This document shows, in pieces, positions 24,894-36,845 of a stretch of 64,000 bases of DNA (its first letter is position 1; every line of letters begins with the position of its first letter). The notes beneath the pieces were generated by a model. That model worked only from the letters and a program-made list of their open reading frames with translations, was not told the DNA's origin and searched no databases. Origin of the DNA: Felis catus (taxonomy: Eukaryota). The stretch lies in NCBI RefSeq assembly GCF_018350175.1, contig NC_058368.1, positions 17,610,001 to 17,674,000 of the forward strand, read 5' to 3'. The position numbers were made by a program, and so were the translations under genes.

Positions 24894-27834
24894 GGGAATA
24901 TGTCAAAGGGATGCAGCCAATTGAAAGAGATCCCAAAGAGCAAACCTGGAACAATTTAAGTAACAAAATAAATAAAATAACATTGGATTGAAATGAATAT
25001 CTGTGAGTCCACATTGCTATCAATAAATGATTGAATAAATAAATGACTGAAAAGAATAATAAAAAAAATAAAAGAAGAGACACGTCTCCCAGGCAGAATA
25101 ATTTCGAATAATTTAGGTAGGTATTCTGCTACAAGGAGGGGGAGCATAACTCCCCACTGCTAAAGTAAGTGGCTTTCTTCCAAAGAGTACAGTATAGAAA
25201 GGAGAATAAAACAATCAACTTAACATTTCAGTGACCTGAAGAACACCACACCTCAGCCTGGTCATTAAGGTCAACATCAACAGTGGTAAATCCTGTTGAT
25301 CCTATGCACCCTTGATGTGATGTAATGTGAATGGCCTTCCTCTTCAAAACCCAGAGCCCCAGTCTAACCACGAGGAAAGCACCAGAAAAATCCCAGTTGA
25401 GAGGCATTCTGCAAAATACCTTACCCGTACTCCTGAAAACTGTCATCAAAAACAAGGAGAGTATGACAAACTGTCACGGCCAAGAGGAGCCTAAGGAGAT
25501 ATGATGACTAATGGAATGTGGCATCGAGGATGGGATCTTAGAAAAGAAAAAGAAATTGTATAAAGCTAAAAAAAAATCTGAATAAAATATGGACTTTAGT
25601 TAATAATAACGTGTCAATATAAGCTCACTGTGGCAAAGATACCGTGGGAAGGTAAGGTAGAGGGGAAACTGGGCGTGGGATATATGGGAACTCTCTGTAC
25701 TATTTTTATAATTTTTCTGTAAATCTAAAACTGTTATAAAATAAAAAGCTTATATTTAAAATACATACAGATGTGTCCTGGTGCTGTAGGCAGTTCAGAA
25801 AAAAAAAAAAAATCACCGGGACTTTGGATTTTCTTTAAGTAGGAAACTGAAAAGGGGGCGTTCCTTTCAAAATGAACGTGAGTAGAAATTATGGAAATAT
25901 TCCCATGGCTGGCAGGAGGAATGATATACACTGAGTGAAACACACACACGTGCAGCAAAGTCAGACATTGTACGAAATGAAGCAACGTAGCAGAGCAAAG
26001 TGAAGCAGACCCATGTCTACACCCGCTCCCGGGCTCCAAGAACTCACCAGCCTCGCCAGTGTAGCAAATGACGGATCATCTCAATTACCGTGGAGCATTT
26101 TGGCAAATTCCAAAGTGCCCCGATTAGCACTTTTTTTTATTTTTAGTTAAGTTTACGTGCTCAAATTCTTGTCATTAATCTCAGAGAGAAACTTGGATAA
26201 CATTAATCCTCTCAAAAATTAGACTATCCAATTCAGATTGGCAGAGATTTGATAAAATCTCTCTTTCCCCCATTTCTGCAACTTCAAGTGAAAAAAAAAA
26301 AAGGCAGAAAAAACAAGAGTGCCTGAGATTGTTGTAGAAATTACAACCCTAGTTAGAGCAGAGCTGCGTGTTACCGGGTGGATTATGCTGTATTATTAAT
26401 GCCCACCCCTTGTCTGTGCTACATGCAGGCCACAGCGGCCATGGGTTAGCACTGCAGATCACATCATCATATGGTCCTGCTCCCCGAGGCCACCCTCAGG
26501 CACGCTGCTTCTCAAACCGGAATCCCAATCAGAGCATCTCTGCCAAATTGAGGTGAGTTTGGGAGAACACTATTTAACTCCACAAGCTCATTAATAAATA
26601 TGCAACAAGGAGGACTAATCCGTTCTTGGATTGAATTCAGGTCATCAAACAGAAGCCTTCGAGGTATTTCCTGACGTATCTTGGTAAGCTGCTGAACACT
26701 GCTTCGACCCAATCAATCTCTATTGGCAATACCGTGTGCGACATCGTCGGTCACGTGCTGGAAAGACAGTAAAAGTTCTGGAGGTGGGGTAGCAGAAATC
26801 CTGGGATCTGGCCCTGGATCTGCCACTAACTCAGCCAATTTGGAAATCAGAATCTTCACATATATAAGAAGGGGGTTGGTCTAGAGGAGCAATCTGTGCC
26901 TTATAAATTTCACTACCTAAAAGGAGCTTGAACATTTGTCCCCAGGGTTCTAGAATCTGTTGCCAAAGAGACCCTTCAGAAAGTGGATGAAGTCTTTGAA
27001 TTCTTGGGTTTTACCTAAAAATTTCATGTACCATGTGTCCTCTCCATAGTATGTGTATTCACATTTTTATCATAAGAATGTTTTCAATTGGTTACTATTA
27101 AATTACTGTCGTTGTTATTTGCTGTTTTCCTTCCGCCAGACAGAATAAAATTCATACTCATGGAGGATCCATGCCATCTATGTGCTGTGGCTCCTCAGAC
27201 TCTCATGGTATTCCTGCTCCAGTTTATGAATCAGCAGGGCCTCGGCTTCATAATTCCCTGCCTCTATAAGAAGTTTCTAAGCTTTTTTACATTCTGAAAC
27301 CACAGCGGAGTCAGACTTGCAAATCACACGGTACCAGAAGACAGACGATGTGTCACGCTCCACCATCAGAGGAAGTGTTTGATCTGAGCCTCATGGCCTC
27401 TAAGCCCTGCCCCCGCTTTGAATGCAAACCAACGGAACTTTTGATCAGCCTGTGGCCAGAAACATTACTGCCAGTTTGATGGTTTAGATGGAGTTGACCA
27501 ATTTGTTTGAATCAGGTACGAGTTTGAATATTTAACGGTCGTTGAAGGGCTGGGAAGCTTAAAAAGCCCAATTTATTCGGTTAAAATATCCCATACCGTC
27601 TTATTTAGACACAATATTAAGACGTCACAACTTCTTATTCCAATTTAGATAATAGTAAAAGGGTGTCAATAAAGAAGTGTTGAGAAGTTGTGAGGGGGCT
27701 TCCCATGCAGAGACTAGACTGTTGCACAGACATCCGTTGGTCCTTTGAGGGATAGTAATTTTAGTATTTGTCAAAGATTTCAATTTGCTTAGCAGTTTTA
27801 TCTCCTGTAAACCTCACCACAGTCACAAATCATA

Positions 27835-28380
27835 ACATAGGTTGAGTTGCCTTTCTTTTCCTTGTTGATTTGCAGAAGGTCTTGATGTATTTGGGACAAG
27901 AGTCCTTTGAGGGATATATGTATTGCAAGCATGCTTCCCCAGTTTATAGTTTACCTACAGTTCACCTACCTATATCCTTTGTCTTACTGGACCCATTCTC
28001 TTAATGCTCTTTTCATAAAAACAAGTTTTAATGTTAATATAGTTTAACTGCTTTGGTCTTTCTTTCAGGATTACTGGCTTTTCCTGTTCTTTTAAAGAAA
28101 CCTTTGTGTAAAATTTGTAAGACTATTCTGTTTCTAGATTCATCTTCTAGAAGCTTGACTGTTCTACGTTTTACATTGATGTCTCCAACCCATGTTGAAG
28201 TTTTGTGTATGGTGTGAGATTCGTGGCAATATTCATTTCTTTTTTACTGAAGATATTATCTTTCCCCCTTAAATTTCAGTGAAGCTTAGTAGTAATCAGG
28301 TGACTGTATATATGTAAGGACTCTTCCTTCTGATCTGCTATTTATCTAACCTTATGCCAACCCCACAGGTTTTATAGTAG
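27835..28380 (-). mobile_element. Old L1 ORF2 fragment
   Basis: gggttg...ttgttgatttgcagaagg..., tttgtgtatggtgtgagat. Confidence 0.75.
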
Positions 28381-28407
28381 ATAATATAGTATATAATTTA
28401 TAGTAAT

Positions 28408-28620
28408 TCTTTTTTTTAATGTTTATTTATTTTTGAGAGAGACAGAGACAGAGCATGAGTGGGGGAGGGGCAGAGAGAGAGGGAGACACAGAATCCAAAG
28501 CAGGTTTCAGGCTCTGAGCTGTCAGCACAGAGCCGGACGCGGGGCTCGAACCCACGAACTGCGAGATCGTGACCTGAGCTGAAGTCGGACGCTTAGCCGA
28601 CTGAGCCACCCAGGCGCCCC
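28408..28620 (-). mobile_element. CanSINE
   Basis: Full body on minus. Confidence 0.95.
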
Positions 28621-28750
28621 TGGATGCGTAGATTTTTAATTGCTCTTCCATAATTTATTTGACCATTCCCATTATTTTAAAGCATTTAGCCTATACCAAA
28701 ATTTTCATTTTGTGACTAATGCAATGGTGAACATTTTAGAGCCGTGGGGT

Positions 28751-29308
28751 TGTAGAGAAAACATTTTTATGTTTCTGCACAGTTGGAGTTTTCTGTACAA
28801 ATTTTATTAAAACTTGAGACTTCAGCTAAAAGCAAGCCTTGGAGGAATTTCTGAATGATTGAATAGTGGGAGAATTCTAGAGATATTTTCCTTCCTAAAG
28901 TATGTCTCTGCATTTCAGTGAAGGCTGAGACCTGGGACTGTGGAAACATTCCTGGATACTGGCTTATCTTCTCCCGGAGAAATTTATTTCACTCCACAAA
29001 ATCTGGATAAGAACCCCGAATCCTTCCCATTGTGGGTCCATGGAGATTCTCTCAGATGGGAAAGAGGAACAGCTGTCTCTCTCCTAATTAAGAGTGAGAT
29101 TATTTTTTTCCAGGTTCCTCACCTACAACCCCCTCAGGTGCAGGTTGCTTCTGGCTCTCATCCCGTCACTCCGGAGGTAAGAAGGAAGGCACAGGCGAAC
29201 CTGTGGTTATTTGCTGTAAGTAAATAATAATCTGCTCTGTCCCACAAAGCCTTGTTTATGCATTCAGGATGATATTAATAAATATGAATATTAAAAATTT
29301 AATAACAA
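28751..29308 (+). mobile_element. Probable old solo LTR (family not recognised)
   Basis: TGT...ACA bounds; LTR-like internal gataagaacc, tgctgtaagtaaataataa; no clean TSD. Confidence 0.35.
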
Positions 29309-29420
29309 TTTCTTTTCTCATAAGAACAAAGTCTCTGGGTTTGGGTGCCATGCTATAGTCCCTGGCATCTAGAACTGTCCTTAGCACGTAGCAGAAACTC
29401 AATAAATGTCGGTCGTATGA

Positions 29421-29885
29421 TGTATTAGTTATCTAGTGCTGAACAAAGTACCCCAAATTCAGGATATTAAAACAAACACATCTTATCTCATTGTGTCTGT
29501 GGGTCAGGAATCCAGGGGTGGCTTAGCTAGATGGCTCAGCCTCAGATTCTCTCATGAAGCCTTTATGTCTGCTCAGGCTGCAATTTGAGGGCTGACTGGG
29601 CTGGAGGATCTGTTTCCAGATTCCCTTGTGTGGCCGTTGACCAAACGCTTCCATTTCTTGCCATGTTGGCCTCTCTCTATATTGATATTGATGACATGGC
29701 AACTGGCTTTTCCAAGAAAAAGTGATGAGAAAGAAAGAGAGAGGCTACACTGCCTTTTATGATTTCGTCTCAGAGTGAGATTCCATCACCACTGCTTTCT
29801 TCTATTTTTTAGAAGCATGCGACTAAGTCCTGCTTACGTGCGACAGGAGATTACATGATTACACAAAGGCTTCCATGAATATGCA
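29421..29885 (-). mobile_element. MLT1 (MaLR) LTR
   Basis: tgtattagttatctagtgctg...tctgtgggtcaggaatccagg..ggcttagct. Confidence 0.8.
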
Positions 29886-30829
29886 GACTGTGTGCGTGTG
29901 TGTGTGCACACACAAGTATAAACATATACTTGGCACAAGTATAAAAGCATGACTATAAGGTGGCTTCTGCTTTTCACAGATACCATGCGTGCAGTTCATG
30001 TGTTCAGTACTTCTTATGAGTCACTCTTAATATTTTAGCACTAAGGCAATGCCACCAACAAGTCTCATTCCCTATCCCTGAATGACTTCTGGTGGTTCCG
30101 TTCTTGAATGGTGAACAATTTGCAAAGGCTGTAAGGAGTCCAAACATTTTTCAAAAGGAAAAGAGAAATGGAAAACACTTAGCAGAACTGTGCCCACATA
30201 GAATACTCTAAAGTCCAGGGCTGGATCACAATATTTCCTAAACATCTGCTATGCACTGGGCATTGTGCTATATGCAAGGGGAAAACAGTGTGTAAAACAG
30301 ACAGGATGTCTTCCCTCAAGGAAAGTAAAATCTAGTAGGGGAAGTTAGCTAATAAAGAAAAAATCTTGCATGTAGACATGGAAAGTCAAACACCTATAAA
30401 TGGCACAAAGACAAAGGGCTTTCTTTGGAATACAGAACTCTGAATGTTACTACAGTTTCTCAAAACACATAGAAATGATGTATGCATGTTTGCATAGGTG
30501 TGTGTGAACACACAAGTCCATTAAAGTAGTGTTGGGGCCAAGAGTGAGAGAGACACAAGTAACCCAAGGATTTGCAAAGAGGGCCTGGGGTCTGGTTGTT
30601 CCCTTTGTTATTTCTTTGGTTGCTTCTTAGCAGTGTGAATAGAAATGGTGGATTTTTGTTTTTGTTTGTTTTTGTTTGGGATGGGCCTGGCACTGGCTTG
30701 GAATAATAGTGAATTTAGGCTTAGAAGATGTACAAATATTTTTGTCCTCCATCAACATAGACTTCCCAGTACCTAGGCAATCATAAAGTCATTGTGAAGA
30801 AGGTTCATAATAAAATTACTTCTCAAGAC

Positions 30830-31335
30830 AAGTACGTTTACAAGTCATGGGGATATAAGGTACAGCATGGTATCTATTGTTAATAATACCCTGCTGCAGG
30901 GCACCTGTGTGGCTCAGTCGGTGAGGCATCTGACTTTGGCTCAGGTTGTGATCTCACGGTTCATGGGTTCGAGCCCCACATGGAGCTCCGTGCTGACAGC
31001 TCAGAGCCTGGAGCCTGCTTCAGACTCTCTCTCTCTCTCTCTCTCTCTGCCCCTCCCCTGCTTGCACTCTGTCTCTCTCTCTCTCTCTCAAAAGCAAATA
31101 ACATTTAAAAAAAATTAAAAATAAATAATACCCTGCTGCATATTTGAAAGGTGCTGAGAGGTCTTAAGCATTCTCGTCACCAGAAAAAAACATTTCTTTG
31201 TAAATATGCATAGTGGCAGATGTTAACTAGACTTATTGTGCAGATCATTTCATAGTGTATATAAATATCAAATCATGTTGTACAGGTGAAACTAGTATAA
31301 TCTTATATGTCAATTATACCTAAATTAAAAAAAAA
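30830..31335 (+). mobile_element. L1 3' end, interrupted by a SINE
   Basis: gtcatggggatataaggtacagcatgg...tatgtcaattatacc plus A-rich tail. Confidence 0.85.
30899..31123 (+). mobile_element. CanSINE
   Basis: TSD AATAATACCCTGCTGCA at 30882-30898 and 31124-31140. Confidence 0.95.
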
Positions 31336-32261
31336 GACAAAACAAAACAAAAGGTACGTTTGCCAAAAGTTTTGCCACTGAATTCAGTAAGTTGTACCAA
31401 GTCATGATCTGCATGCAAGACCCTATTCTAAACACTATGAGTAGGTGCGAAGTTTTATAACACTCTCTGTCCTCAAGGAGCAATGATTTAAAACAGTACT
31501 GGCACCAGAGCAAATTACTGTAAAGAACAATTCACCTCTGCCAATTTGTCTTAATAAATGTGTTTATCAAATTTTTAATGGGGCCAGATGGAAAGGGATT
31601 GCCTCCTGTAGCCTTGTGACATAATGGAAAATACAATTTCATAATGAGTTAATAATAAATGTGTACGGGTGAAGCAAAAGCCCAGTTAGCTTTTAAGACT
31701 CATTAAATGGAGTATTTGACTGTGTCTTTGAATTCAGAACGTGCACATAGTGTTTTTAAATGAAAAAGAGATGAAAACCTATGATTTCATTGATCTACTC
31801 TTCCTGAGAAAGGCACATCAAATTTGTAATACTTGCATCACTTGATTGCTCTACTCTTTGGAGAGTGATAAAATTATTCATTTTTAATATACTTTTCATC
31901 AGACAGAAACTTGGATTTAGGACTGAGTGATACCTAGCAACGTTCCAGAGACTAGTTTATACGTGAGCCTGTGTGGCTGTCTCGAGGGCAGGCCAACTGG
32001 GATTGTCACCATGGTGTTCATGCTCAGGTCATAGAAGCTTTGAAGGGACTGTGTAACTCATGAATGAAATTTCACAAAGTACATATTTTACAGATTATAA
32101 TTAGAAAATTACATTGTATACATTTTTACCCAAACACATACATACTGATTTAGTTGTTCCAAGACCACACCTTTATAGGCACAGCACTGTGCATGTGTAT
32201 CCTTGCAGATTTGAAATGAGGGAGAGTAACAGGGGTAGAGACTAATGCAGAGGGCCACTCA

Positions 32262-33050
32262 GGCAGGGTAGGCTCTCTGGGGAGCAGAGAGTTAGGTGAG
32301 CAGAATTGTTTATTAGGAAGTACCTTGGTATTGGCACCTGCAGAAAGTAGGGGAAGGGAACAGGTTGGGCAGAGGGAGGTAGCAAGCTATAGTACAGTCC
32401 AAATGACCTCAAACAACCCCATGGGGAGCTCTGCCAGTAAAACCATCCCTCAGAGTTATCTTGAGTTAGGCTGAAACGGCCAAGCCTTTCTATGCCCTTC
32501 TTGATTAGTCATTGGGTATGGAGCACCTGGAAAAAAGGTTGGACCTGTGTTACCCAACCAAAGTGGGCCCACTCCTCGGTGAGTTACAGACCAAGATGGC
32601 ACCAGGTAGAATTGCCTCACGAAGTCAACTACATTTTTTCTAACAAGGAGATCATGGGGAGTGATAATTTAAAGCTATGTCTCCCATAAAGAGGGAAGGC
32701 AAGTTCCTCTTATTAGTGCTTGGGATGAATACTCAGAAGAGGATTTTAACATTATCACGAGGCCTAGGTAACTGCTGGTCACTTCTGGCACTTTCTGATT
32801 CATCTGTGCAGGCCTCTTCCTCAAATGTTTCCTTTTCTGTCTTAGCAGTTTGTTAGTATGCTCTTCTAAAATGTAAGACTGACAGTCGGGCAGAAGCTTT
32901 GGCTAGAAATTTCCTGAGATCGGGTGGGGTGGGGGGTCATGTTGGTGACACGTGTGAGGGTCTGTCTGTGGCCAGCTACGGCAATCCCTAAACCCTAAAG
33001 AGTCTGTAGGGGAAGGCTCTCAGCTGGCAACATGGCCAACGGGGGAGGAA
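32262..33050 (-). mobile_element. Old ERVL LTR (LTR33/LTR16-like), split by a younger LTR
   Basis: gtttattaggaagtaccttgg...gggcagagggag...ccccatggggagctctg...agtcattgg; resumes after 32954. Confidence 0.6.
32548..32950. mobile_element. Solo LTR (probably carnivore ERV1-class)
   Basis: Inverted termini TGTTACCCAAC...GTTGGTGACA; 4-bp flanks CCTG/CGTG. Confidence 0.7.
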
Positions 33051-33231
33051 TCAGGTCCTTCCTGATCAAGGTATCTGCCCCACCAGTGACCTGAGACAGA
33101 TACTCCTACAGAGCAAGTAACCCCATGAGAACCGGCTCACAGACTTAGCAGGCTGGATCCCTGCACTTCCAGCTGGTAATGCAAACTCCAGAAATAGGGT
33201 CTCACAATCAAGGCCTTTCACCTCTTCTCTT

Positions 33232-33449
33232 TTTTCAACTTTTTTTTTTTTTTTTTTTTGGGGGGGGATAGAGAGAGACAGAGCATGAAAGGGGGAGGGG
33301 CAGAGAGAGAGGGAGACACAGAATCGGAAACAGGCTCCAGGCTCTGAGCCATCAGCCCAGAGCCTGACGCGGTGCTCGAACTTACGGACCTCGAGATCGT
33401 GACCTGGCTGAAGTCGGTCGCTCAACCGACTGCGCCACCCAGGCGCCCC
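33232..33449 (-). mobile_element. Young SINEC_Fc
   Basis: TSD TCACCTCTTCTCTT at 33218-33231 and 33450-33463. Confidence 0.95.
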
Positions 33450-34376
33450 TCACCTCTTCTCTTGAGGAACAAAATGCAACTTCATGAAACTTCAAACATG
33501 TGCAATAAACAAAATTCAGTGGAGTGCCGTAATTGGCAAATCTGAGACAGATATGGTGTAACCACTGTGTTGTATAAGCGATGACTTATACATCACAGCA
33601 AAACAGAAATTTATTTTTGTCTCCCCCCAACTCCTTAAATGCTATTAAATAATCTTCCCGTGCTCCAACCTGAAAATGTTGGCAGGCTTATCACTCTTCC
33701 TCCGTCTCAAATAAAACCGAGTCATTTTCTGTCACAAGCATCACTTCACAATAGTAATTGAAATACCCTGTCCAAGATTGCCTTAGCCTGAAGTCCTCTC
33801 CCTGCTTCATTTCAGAAGCCTGACTGGCAGGCAGAGTCATATGCTGGCTCTATGCTTCCTGGCCATGCCAGATGATTAAAGATCATCCCTCATCTTCCGG
33901 GGATCTTTCAAAGGCTTCTCATGCTCCCTGGCAGGTTCTTCTCACAGGAAGGTTTCTTGATCTGCCAGTTTGGGGCTGTTTTTGTTTTGCTGAGGTCTCC
34001 TCGTAGATCCAGGAACAAGGTCTAAATCCACTCCATATTGCCTCTTCCCTGCATGGCTCACAAACTGGGATGGCAGTCTGGTCCCAAGGGAGTAAACCCC
34101 TCCCCACCCCCCTTCCAGGTCTACCACAAAAGCAGCCAGTACTCTTTCACCCTCAAGGGGCCCAGGTGACAGAGACTGAACCTTGGTCTATAGTCAGCTT
34201 TTGTTTTCTCATGCAAGAATCAGGGCTGGGCCTCTGAAGTCACTACCAAGGAGAATACATTTCAAAGGTTTCCAAGGGGTTTTTCCAAAACTTTCCTGTT
34301 AAACTTGGGGCTGGCTGCAGTGCCTGGTGGCCCGCAGGGCATGACAATGCCTCGATTTTCTCTAAAGAATTCTCTT

Positions 34377-35608
34377 TATCTTCATGAGGTCCCAATAGTT
34401 CATTTTTGCTTTTAATTCCCTTGCCTTTGGAGATGTGTCAAGTAAGAAATTGCTGTGGCTGAGGTCAGAGAGGTTTTTTTCCTGCTTTCTCCTCTAGGGT
34501 TCTGATGGTTTCCTGTCTCACATTCAGGTCCTTCATCCATTTTGAGTTTGTTTTTGTGTATGGTATAAGAAAGTGGTCTAGTTTCATTCTTCTGCATGTT
34601 GCTGTCCAGTTCTCCCAGCAAGGAAACAATCAACAAAACTAAAAGGCAACCAACGGAATGGGAAAAGATATTTGCAAATGACATATCGGACAAAGGGCTA
34701 GTATCCAAAATCTATAAAGAACTCACCAAACTCCACACCCGAAAAACAAATAATCCAGTGAAGAAATGGGCAGAAAACATGAATAGACACTTCTCTAAAG
34801 AAGACATCCGGATGGCCAACAGGCACATGAAAAGATGCTCAACGTCGCTCATCAGGGAAATACAAATCAAAACCACTCAGATACCACCTCAAGCCAGTCA
34901 GAGAGGCTAAAATGAACAAATCAGGAGACTATAGATGCTGGAGAGGATGGGGAGAAACAGGAGCCCTCTTGCACTGCTGGTGGGAATGCAAACTGGTGCA
35001 GCCACTCTGGAAAACGATGTGGAGGTTCCTCAAAAAATTAAAAATAGACCTACCCTATGACCCAGCAGTAGCACTGCTAGGAATTTACCCAAGGGATACA
35101 GGAGTGCTGATGCATAGGGGCACTTGTACCCCAATATTTATAGCAGCACTTTCAACAATAGCCGAATTGTGGAAAAAGCCTAAATGTCCATCAACTGATG
35201 AATGAATAAGGAAATTGTGGTTTATATACACAATGGAATAGTACTTGGCAATGAGAAAGAATGAAATATGGCCTTTTGTTGCAACGTGGGTGGAACTGGA
35301 GAATGTTATGCTAAGGGAAATAAGTCATACAGAGAAAGACAGATACCATATGTTTTCACTCTTATGTGGATCCTGAGAAACTTAACAGAAGACCATGGGG
35401 GAGGGGAAGGGAAAAAAAAAAAGTTAGAGAGGGAGGGAGCCAAACCATAAGAGAATCTTACAAACTGAGAATCAACTGAGGGTTGATGGGGGGGGGGGTG
35501 GGAGGGAGGGGAGGGTGGGTGATGGGTATTGAGGAGGGCACCTGTTGATGAGCACTGGGTGTTGTATGGAAACCAATTTGACAATAAATTTCATATTAAA
35601 AAAAAAAA
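34377..35608 (+). mobile_element. Young felid L1, 5'-truncated with 5' inversion
   Basis: 34377 to about 34620 is antisense ORF2; about 34620-35597 is sense ORF2 end ([20 protein letters not shown]...), G-rich 3'UTR, AATAAA, poly(A); TSD AAAGAATTCTCTT at 34364-34376 and 35609-35621. Confidence 0.95.
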
Positions 35609-36618
35609 AAAGAATTCTCTTATCAGTCACCAGTCTCCTCACAACATCCTCTCACAGACCCTTATCGCCTCTCTGGTCTAGCTGGGAGAGTTAAGTGTTG
35701 TGGGAAGGGTTCTTGAAACTATTTCCTTTGGGTATCTACATATGGCGGAGGCCCAATTTATGGTGACTTTGGTAATCTGATATCTACGCGGCAATGCCTC
35801 AGTGTCCCCTGAAGTAGCCAGAGCCCCTGGTAATATCCTTTTCTACACCATAGTGGGCCAAGCTGCCAACAAAGCCTCGTGGTCAGGGACGGGCTGCTGG
35901 ATGGGCTGAGAGCCTGTGGCTGGATCCAGCCACACAGAGTTCTTCCTCTATAGTCTCCTTTCTGAGTGTATAGATCATGGCTTCCATGTAAGTTAAATGT
36001 CCTGTGGGGAATAACCCAACTAAGTTATCATAAATTCTCAGAGAAACTCAATACTTTTTTTTTTATGTAGAATTACTATTTTGTAGAAGATTTGTACAGC
36101 TCAAAGCGAGTTTATAGACCATCTAATTATGCATCTTTATTTTATAAATGAGGAGACGGGTCTCCCAAGAGATTTCACGTAATCGTTTGTTTATTAAACC
36201 ATATTATTTGTTGTCTCTTTTTTGCCAGGTATTAATGCTTGTGCTGTAATAGCTAATAAGCCAATCCTTGCCCCTCATGGAATCTGTTTTCCAGTGAAGG
36301 TGAGAGTCCTAAATGTGCTAACAAAATGCATCACCATCAGAAAGTTCTTGTTTGAATCTAGTATAAGAGCCTGGATTCCTTACTAATCCAGGGTCAGTTC
36401 GCTGGGATGACCAGGAATGCATTTTACAATGGACTCTTTATTGGGTAAGGCCTCTGAAACTCAGGACTCACTGTTCATGAAGAGTCGCAGGTGTAATCTT
36501 AACTGCGGTATGTGTCAATTGGCTTTTTATACGTGAGTTACATGGAAGAATTATAATCTTTACAGGATGATTTACAGCTATTGAGATTTACCTTTAAATT
36601 AAAATGCAAGCATCTTTT

Positions 36619-36845
36619 AGGGGGTGCCTGGGTGACTCAGTTGGTTAAGCGTCCGACTTCAGCTCAGGTCATGATCTCACACTCGGTGAGTTTGAACCCC
36701 GCGTCGGGCTCTGTGCTGGCAGCTCAGAGCCTGGAGCGTGTTTCAGATTCTGTGTCTCCCTCTCTCTCTGACCCTCCCCCGTTCATGCTCTGTCTCTCCA
36801 TGTCTCAAAAATAAATAAACGTTAAAAAAATTTAAAAAAATAAAT
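36619..36845 (+). mobile_element. CanSINE
   Basis: TSD AAAATGCAAGCATCTTTT. Confidence 0.95.

Larger units (their letters stand above)
22870..25762 (+). mobile_element. Old L1 (L1MC/L1MD-like) ORF2 end plus long 3'UTR
   Basis: aaggttgtggagcag..., tatagccactttggaagg, ends gggaactctctgtactattt...taaatctaaaactgttataaaataaaaag; hosts three SINEs. Confidence 0.85.

Noticed and set aside
24814..25083. Poly-cysteine ORF
   Set aside because: Antisense reading of a (CAA/CAG)n microsatellite inside an old L1
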